Below are positions 57,803-64,000 of a stretch of 64,000 nucleotides of DNA, in pieces. This DNA is from Octopus vulgaris (Eukaryota), in NCBI GenBank assembly GCA_951406725.2, contig OX597829.1:20212001-20276000 (forward strand), in the 5' to 3' direction. The position numbers were made by a program, and so were the translations under genes. The notes under the pieces are model-generated. The model did not search any database and had not been told where the DNA came from. It was given only the letters and a program-made list of their open reading frames with translations. The first letter of the stretch is position 1, and each line of letters starts with the position of its first letter.

Positions 57803-59686
57803 TGATTTTTAAAATTTTTTTTATTATTACTGACATAAGGCCTAAACACAGGACATGCACAGACATGCTGGAACAAAAAACACTTGAAAGGATGAATCTG
57901 AAATGAATAAAATTACAATGCAAATGAGATGGCCATCTCACTCCTGCTGCTTGATTATTACAGGCACAAGGCCTAATTACAGAGGGGACATACAAAGACA
58001 TGCAGGAACATAAAACATATGAAGGATGAATGTGAAATGAATAAGATTATAATGCAAATGAGATGGCCATCTTGCTCCCACTGTGAGATGAAACCGTGGA
58101 TTCCTTTTCTTTAACTTTTACACAACCTCTAGCCATGCACCGAGGCGAAACTGCGACTTCCCTTTTTGCTTTTGTTTTACAATTAAACACCTTTTAAACA
58201 ATTGTTCATACAAGATTTACTTCTTATTTTTTCCTTTTTTTCAAACTAAAGTCAACCAAATATATATTCCAGTATTTTTTACAAACATTTTGGAAACCTG
58301 TTCATTCAATAATTACAAAATTTACTTGTTTTTCCTTTTTTTTATCCTTAAAAGTTCTAACAAATATGTTTTACAGTCACAGTGTTTACAAGATTACATC
58401 GACTTACCTCTTCTGTCTCTCACAATTCCTTTCACTTTTACAATCTTTTATGTTGAGGTGTCCCATCTCACTATAATTTCCCTTTTGTTTGTGTTTTTCA
58501 TGTTGTCTCTTTTTGTTTCTATTTTCCTGCTGTTTTGCCTGTTCTTATATTTTCGTCTCTAAGTCTGTGTGTTCATGTATTTGTGTGTGTTCGTTTGAAT
58601 GCAACTCTACGTGTTTCATCTGTGTGTCTATGTTTTTAGGTTTCTGTAATTCTGGGTTGTCTTGTTTCTGGTCTGAATGACTCTGTCCTTTTAATTCCTT
58701 TGCTGGTATTTCCACTGGTAAATTTTCTCCGTTTCTCATTGTGGGTTGGATTTCTTCTTCCATTCCTTTACTCTTCTTCAAGTTCACTGTCATCAGTGAC
58801 TTTCTTCTCTCTCGCTTCCTGGGTTTTACGTCCACAAAATTCTCATCAAATTCTATTTTTTGTTTCTGCTTTTTTTCCACCACTACATCTTCCTGAGCAC
58901 TCTCTTCCACCATTTCCACTGCTGCTCTAGGGCATTTCCTTCTCAAGTGCCCTCTTTTACCACATCTGTAGCATTTTGGGGGTCTCCCCTCCAACATTAC
59001 TTCCAGTTTTTCATTGTTTGGTAATTCCAAAGTTTCTGCCATTTCATCATAATATTTTGGGCTTACCACACAGATTATTTCAATATCATAGCCCCAATAA
59101 TTCAATTGTGTTCTGCCTACTATACCAATCTTCAGGTTTTCTCCATTCTTCCTCAGCTCAGAATTAAAAGTTGCGGTTATTACCCATTCTGGGTGTATCA
59201 ATGGTGGGATTCTTCCCATTCTGACCCTGACAATTCTTTTGCCCCAATAGTTTGGCATCAATGTCCATTTCTTTCCATATAACATCATGTTGCCGGATAT
59301 TTTTGCCTCCTCTTCTGAAAGAAAGGTTACTACAATAGTTCTATATCTTCTACCTCTTGTAAAAAACGTTATCTTCTCTCCCATGTTCACTACTAGCATT
59401 TCCTCTATCTCTTCAAGGTACATGTTCTATCCTCCCATTTTCATTTGAGAATGTTCTGAATATTACCACTTGCTTTCCATTTTTCTTTTTTCCTCCTCTG
59501 GCAGGGTCATTTTTATGTTTGACCCTTCTTTCTTTATATTCTCACAATATTTAGTTAGCTTCTCTTCATTCCACTCCATCATCTCCGGCTTCAGCACATG
59601 TGGGTCTATTATTCACTTCCACCCAAACAATGGTGGCTTCGCATAAAATATTTCGCTTTGAATTCTTCAAAAAACAACAAAAAGCT
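57803..59686 (-). mobile_element. ORF1-only non-LTR retroelement (gag-like CCHC knuckle), 13-bp TSD
   Basis: TSD TGGCTTGCTAGCT (57790-57802) / TGGCTTGCTAGTT (59687-59699); A-rich 3' end; duplicated ~135-bp 3' terminus; no RT. Confidence 0.75.
58545..59423 (-). CDS. Transposon ORF1-like nucleic-acid-binding protein with CX2CX4HX4C zinc knuckle (N-terminus frameshifted, extends to ~59583)
   Basis: LEGRPPKCYRCGKRGHLRRKCP, preceded by an RRM-like region as in L1/Tx1-type ORF1. Confidence 0.75.
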   Translation of the reverse strand: MYLEEIEEMLVVNMGEKITFFTRGRRYRTIVVTFLSEEEAKISGNMMLYGKKWTLMPNYWGKRIVRVRMGRIPPLIHPEWVITATFNSELRKNGENLKIGIVGRTQLNYWGYDIEIICVVSPKYYDEMAETLELPNNEKLEVMLEGRPPKCYRCGKRGHLRRKCPRAAVEMVEESAQEDVVVEKKQKQKIEFDENFVDVKPRKRERRKSLMTVNLKKSKGMEEEIQPTMRNGENLPVEIPAKELKGQSHSDQKQDNPELQKPKNIDTQMKHVELHSNEHTQIHEHTDLETKI

Positions 59687-61471
59687 TGGCTTGCTAGTTG
59701 TTGATACCTATCTGCCTTTGAAAACATATATATTTCAAGTGAAATACATTCACTGATTTTTGAAAATAAAAATAATATATTTCCAAATCTCTCAGAGAGT
59801 TATGCAGTAGCAGCACGATAAAATGGTAGCATGTTGTCAACTTAATGTGACAGTCCCATAAGGACACAGGAAATGTGTCAAGTCCAACAGGAAACAGTGT
59901 TTCCTAGGGCTAAATAACAATAGCATTCTTCCCTTTTATGGGACTGTCACATTAAGTTGACAACATGCTATCACTTTATCATGCTGCAACTGCATAAATC
60001 TCTTTGAGAGATTTAGAAATGTATTATTTCTATTTTCAAAAATCAGTGAATGTATTTCACTTGAAATACATATGTTTTCAAAGGCTGATAGGCATTGACA
60101 GCTAGCAGGCCATGCTACTCCAGACTAACAATGAGCAATGACTTTGAAATTAGTCTCTGGTTGCTGGTTTTGCTGGGTGGAGGTGTTTGTCTCCACTTTG
60201 AAAACATAAGGACACAGGAAATGTGCCAAGTCCAACAGGAAACGGTGTTTCTTAGCCCTTTTATGGGACTGTCACATTAAGTTGGCAACATGCTATCACT
60301 TTAGCCCTGTAATTATTTACCAATGAGAATTACTCATTGGCTCTACTAAAGATGCTAGGCTTGTTCATTTCTGTGAGTCACTTGAAATACTCTTTTTGAT
60401 ATTTACTTGCTTGAAGAATTCTGTTTCATCAAGACTAATTGGTTGCTATAGATCAGAGTTGGGGAACCTCACGGAATTTAACTACCTTCTCACAAGGCCA
60501 CATTTGAAATTAAATGTAAAAAATTGAAAATAAAAAGAACTCTGCTAAACTAATTATTTTATGAACAACAATTTTTCATAAAAGCTCTTAATATATATGA
60601 AAAATAACTGAGTTCTGGAATAAGCACCCCCACCATAAGATTTTCTTTCCTAAAAATTTCTTCAAATTTCTGTTTTAAAACATAGTTGTTATTGCTTTAA
60701 ACAATTATAAGTTTAGATTAAAAAATATTGATTCTAAAATTTTGCTATTATTTAAAAATAGACTTTAAATAAAATAAAATTAACAAAAATATATTCTAGT
60801 ATAATGATTTGTCCTCTAACATTGTGCTTCTTTAAGAAGGCTACCCTTAATCCTTAAGATGGTTGCATGTAACCTTAGGGTTCTTGACATCAGGTATAAA
60901 ACAATTCAATTCTACTGATTACCATGTGGGCCATCCTTCACATGTTTAGATAGTTATTAAGTTAGTGTGTTCAATCACACTTGATTGAAAGTTGAATATA
61001 CTTTTATTTAGTTTTGTATTGGCTATCATTATTGTATTTGTCAGTGTATAAGACACACTCCTGCATAAAACACACCCTGAGTATAAAACTACATTCCTTT
61101 GCCAAGCCATGTTGAGCCAGAGTGACAGAGTAGACTCATCAAACCTGTATGATCTCAAGCCTCAAATTCATGGCCTTCACATCAGACTGTGGTTGAGTGG
61201 GGAGAATATTCTTAGGCCATCGTCCTGCAGTTGACTGAAATTAGGCAATCCAATCCAATCTAGTTTTAATGAAAGAGGTCAAAAATATTATGAAATTGTA
61301 AATTCCCAATATACCAATATCTGCTTAATTTATGCCATGGGAACTTTTTAACTGCTCATTTCCATTACAAATGAGTATTTATTTAATTTGCTATATGATG
61401 TGTGAAAAATAACTCATTGATTCAAAAAATTAATAAAATGTTGATGTATTTTCTTTCATCTGATTTTGTAG

Positions 61472-61576
61472 GACAAAGACCAGAGAAGCATGGATATAGA
61501 AACTGCTAAAGCAATGTTATCACTGTTGTTAGGGAAACATTGGACATTGCACAGCTCTTTTCATCAATTTCTAGAG
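61472..61576 (+). CDS. DCUN1D4/5: DCN1-like 4/5 coding exon 6
   Basis: [35 protein letters not shown]; tgtAG / GTCAGT, phase 0/0. Confidence 0.95.
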
Positions 61577-62355
61577 GTCAGTGGATTGCCCTTGAGTTAT
61601 AGTTTAGACAAGGTGTGTTTTGGAGCTATGTGCCCATAAATATAAACAAATATCTCAATAAACACACTCATTATCTATCTCATATATATGTGTGTGTGTG
61701 TGTGTAAAATATTTTTTCTGTTTTTATTTCTTAAATCTGATGCAATGAAAATCTATCAAGTGTGTTTGTGTGTCTTCCATCAACATCTAACATGTTTTTC
61801 ATGCTGGCATGATTTGGACGGTTAGACAGAACCCAGTGAACCGTGGATCTGTGTTGAGCTTCCAAGTCAGCTTTGATTGGGTTTCTATGGCTGGATGCCT
61901 ACTTAATACCAACCACTTTACAGAATGTGCTGGGTGCCATCAGCATTAGTGAAGTCACCAAGGACTTTGCAAGACAAAAAAGAACAGAAAAGGAGGAAAA
62001 GGCCTCTTCATCTAAATGGTGGGGATGGGGTAGTATTGCACATCACATCTAATTCCCCTTATGCCTAACTTTTTCCTTGCACATCACTTCTAATTCCTCT
62101 TATGCCTAACTTTTCTCTCAGTATACTGTACACATGCTAGCTTCATTGCTCTTTAGTTTTTGCATGTCCACTACATTCAGAGTGCTTGTCTCACTACCAC
62201 ATAGTATTTCTCTGCATACACATGCATCAGACAATCTTCCTTTCACTTGAGGGGAGAGGCCTTTGGTTGCCAACAGAGGTAAAAGTTCTCTGATTTTTCT
62301 CCAACTTATTCTTATTCTAGCAATTACATTTTCCTTACATTTTTCCCCAATGCTA

Positions 62356-63527
62356 ATTAGGCCCCCTTGGTTGCAGAAATTAGCCACTATGTCTAGAGAG
62401 CCTCTGAGACATTAGAGAAAATTTCTCAAGTGTCTGTAGCTTTTATGACTTCTGAGCATTTTCTGCATACAAACATAACTTTCCACGATAACCTTCCTAT
62501 TATTTCACTGCACCTCTTGTATGTCTATAGCTTGCACAGGGTACACCATATGGAATTCTTCTCTACACCTTTCCTTCATATCAAACAGGGCTATTTACTT
62601 GATGGGATAGGGTCCTGTGTATTTTCTTGCTTACAAGAACCTTGGTCTTTGCTAAGTTAACCTAAACCTGAGCTGGGGTGAATAGTATTGAGGGAGACAG
62701 CTTTATGCCAGGGGAAGAGGAAATGTTAAAGTATGGTTGAAAGACAGGAACAGGTGTCTTGCTGTTGGGGAGATATGCTTATCCCAGCTGAAAGGCAAAG
62801 AGGATAGTTGTAAAGGTGTGTCAGGGCGTTACCCTCACCCACCGAGTTACAGGAAGGTGAATAACAGAATTGGCATGGATGGGTATGTAAGTTCATGGAG
62901 TGCACGAGGTAAATAAGCTTTTCTCTGACTATAATTAGTTTGGTTTTGTAATATAGCAATCATGCTTGCGCACGTGCACAGACACACACACACAAAATTG
63001 CTGTGTATAGCAGGCACATTTCCATGTGTGAGTATAACAATCTTTTTTTTTTCTTTGCAGCAATCAAAATACAAAGTTATAAACAAGGACCAATGGTGTA
63101 ATATATTGGAATTTAGTCGAACAATCTACCCAGATCTTTCAAACTATGATGAAGATGGGGCTTGTAAGTATTTTAGATAATTTTTTTTTCCATTTTCTTT
63201 TTACTTTTGTTAGAATTTTTTTAACTAAAACCATTTGAATTGAAACAGGAAGAAAATTATTTTAACAACACACATCATGCCATTCACTTAGTTGTGGTTG
63301 ACCATAGAATTTGATGATAACCATCTTCAATTGAAGATTCTTTGTTTATTGTATAGCGTGATTCTTGATGTGCAGCACTTTTTATTGTAGTCTAGACACA
63401 AATGTAATGTTTGTATGCAGAAAATGCTCAGAAGTCATAAAAGCTACAGACACTTGAGAAATTTTCTCTAATGTCTCAGAGGCTCTCTAGACGTAGTGGC
63501 TAATTTCTGTAACCAAGGGGACCTAAT
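62356..63527. repeat. ~120-bp near-perfect inverted repeat pair (62356-62476 / 63407-63527) bracketing coding exon 7
   Basis: Direct reverse-complement comparison: 3 differences. Confidence 0.93.
63061..63163 (+). CDS. DCUN1D4/5: DCN1-like 4/5 coding exon 7 (terminal WPVLLDEFVEW-type exon is outside the window)
   Basis: [34 protein letters not shown](W); ttgcAG / GTAAGT. Confidence 0.96.
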
Positions 63528-63930
63528 AAAGTTGCCAGGTATTAATTTACATGCAGGACTTTTCTCTGGCTTCTTCTTCTAATAGTGCTGAGTGCATTTC
63601 TTCTCCATATCTGCAATCCCTCTCCAGCAATGAGATCTATTCTGTCCATTCTTGAAGGGTTGATGTTGCTCTTCTTTATATTAGTCTTCAACTGGTCTTT
63701 CAACTAACACTTTCGTATTCCATCCAGCTGATGCTGAAGGTGTACCTGAATGTAAAGTCTCATATGGAAGAGATGTGAGTCAGACATGCACACTACATTT
63801 CCTAGACATTTTAGTTAATGTTTGTACAGCATGACTTCAGTGCTGCTCATATTGGTCTGAAAGAGGATTTCTGTGTTCAGTATGTCTGCCTGCCTGTCTA
63901 TCTAAAATATCTGTCTGTCTATCTATAATA

Positions 63931-63985
<55 letters not shown>

Positions 63986-64000
63986 CAATATCTGTCTGTA

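Larger units (their letters stand above)
57524..60302. mobile_element. Retrozyme/PLE-like fold-back of a 348-nt tandem unit with hammerhead, interrupted by a 1.9-kb insertion
   Basis: Left arm (-) 57524-57802 + 59700-59861, right arm (+) 59857-60302; both arms repeat with period 348; flanks AACCCTGAAATT / AGCCCTGTAATT. Confidence 0.8.

Noticed and set aside
63164-64000. Final DCN1-like exon
   Set aside because: No WPVLLDEF-like sequence found; it must lie beyond the window

Overview
AT-rich, repeat-dense animal DNA; the SINE families point to a cephalopod, probably Octopus (inference). One host gene is supported: a + strand DCN1-like cullin-neddylation E3 gene (DCUN1D4/5 family). Seven coding exons between 43202 and 63163 splice in frame, the last exon lies beyond the window, and candidate 5'-UTR exons sit near 11.7-13.1 kb. 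The ~16-42.5 kb stretch is a (TA)n nest of CR1-type LINEs, tRNA-derived SINEs, a Helitron and an intronless FAM162-like fragment. The most notable signal is a repeated Penelope-like (PLE) architecture: head-to-head fold-back insertions with type-I hammerhead ribozyme (HHR) motifs facing outward, an extra 3' tail on one arm and ~12-bp target duplications. It is seen in a 6.6-kb palindrome, a 348-nt-unit retrozyme-like repeat and a tRNA-headed SINE-like element. Also present are an ORF1-only zinc-knuckle retroelement and a near-perfect ~120-bp intronic inverted repeat bracketing one coding exon. All calls are by eye, without database searches.
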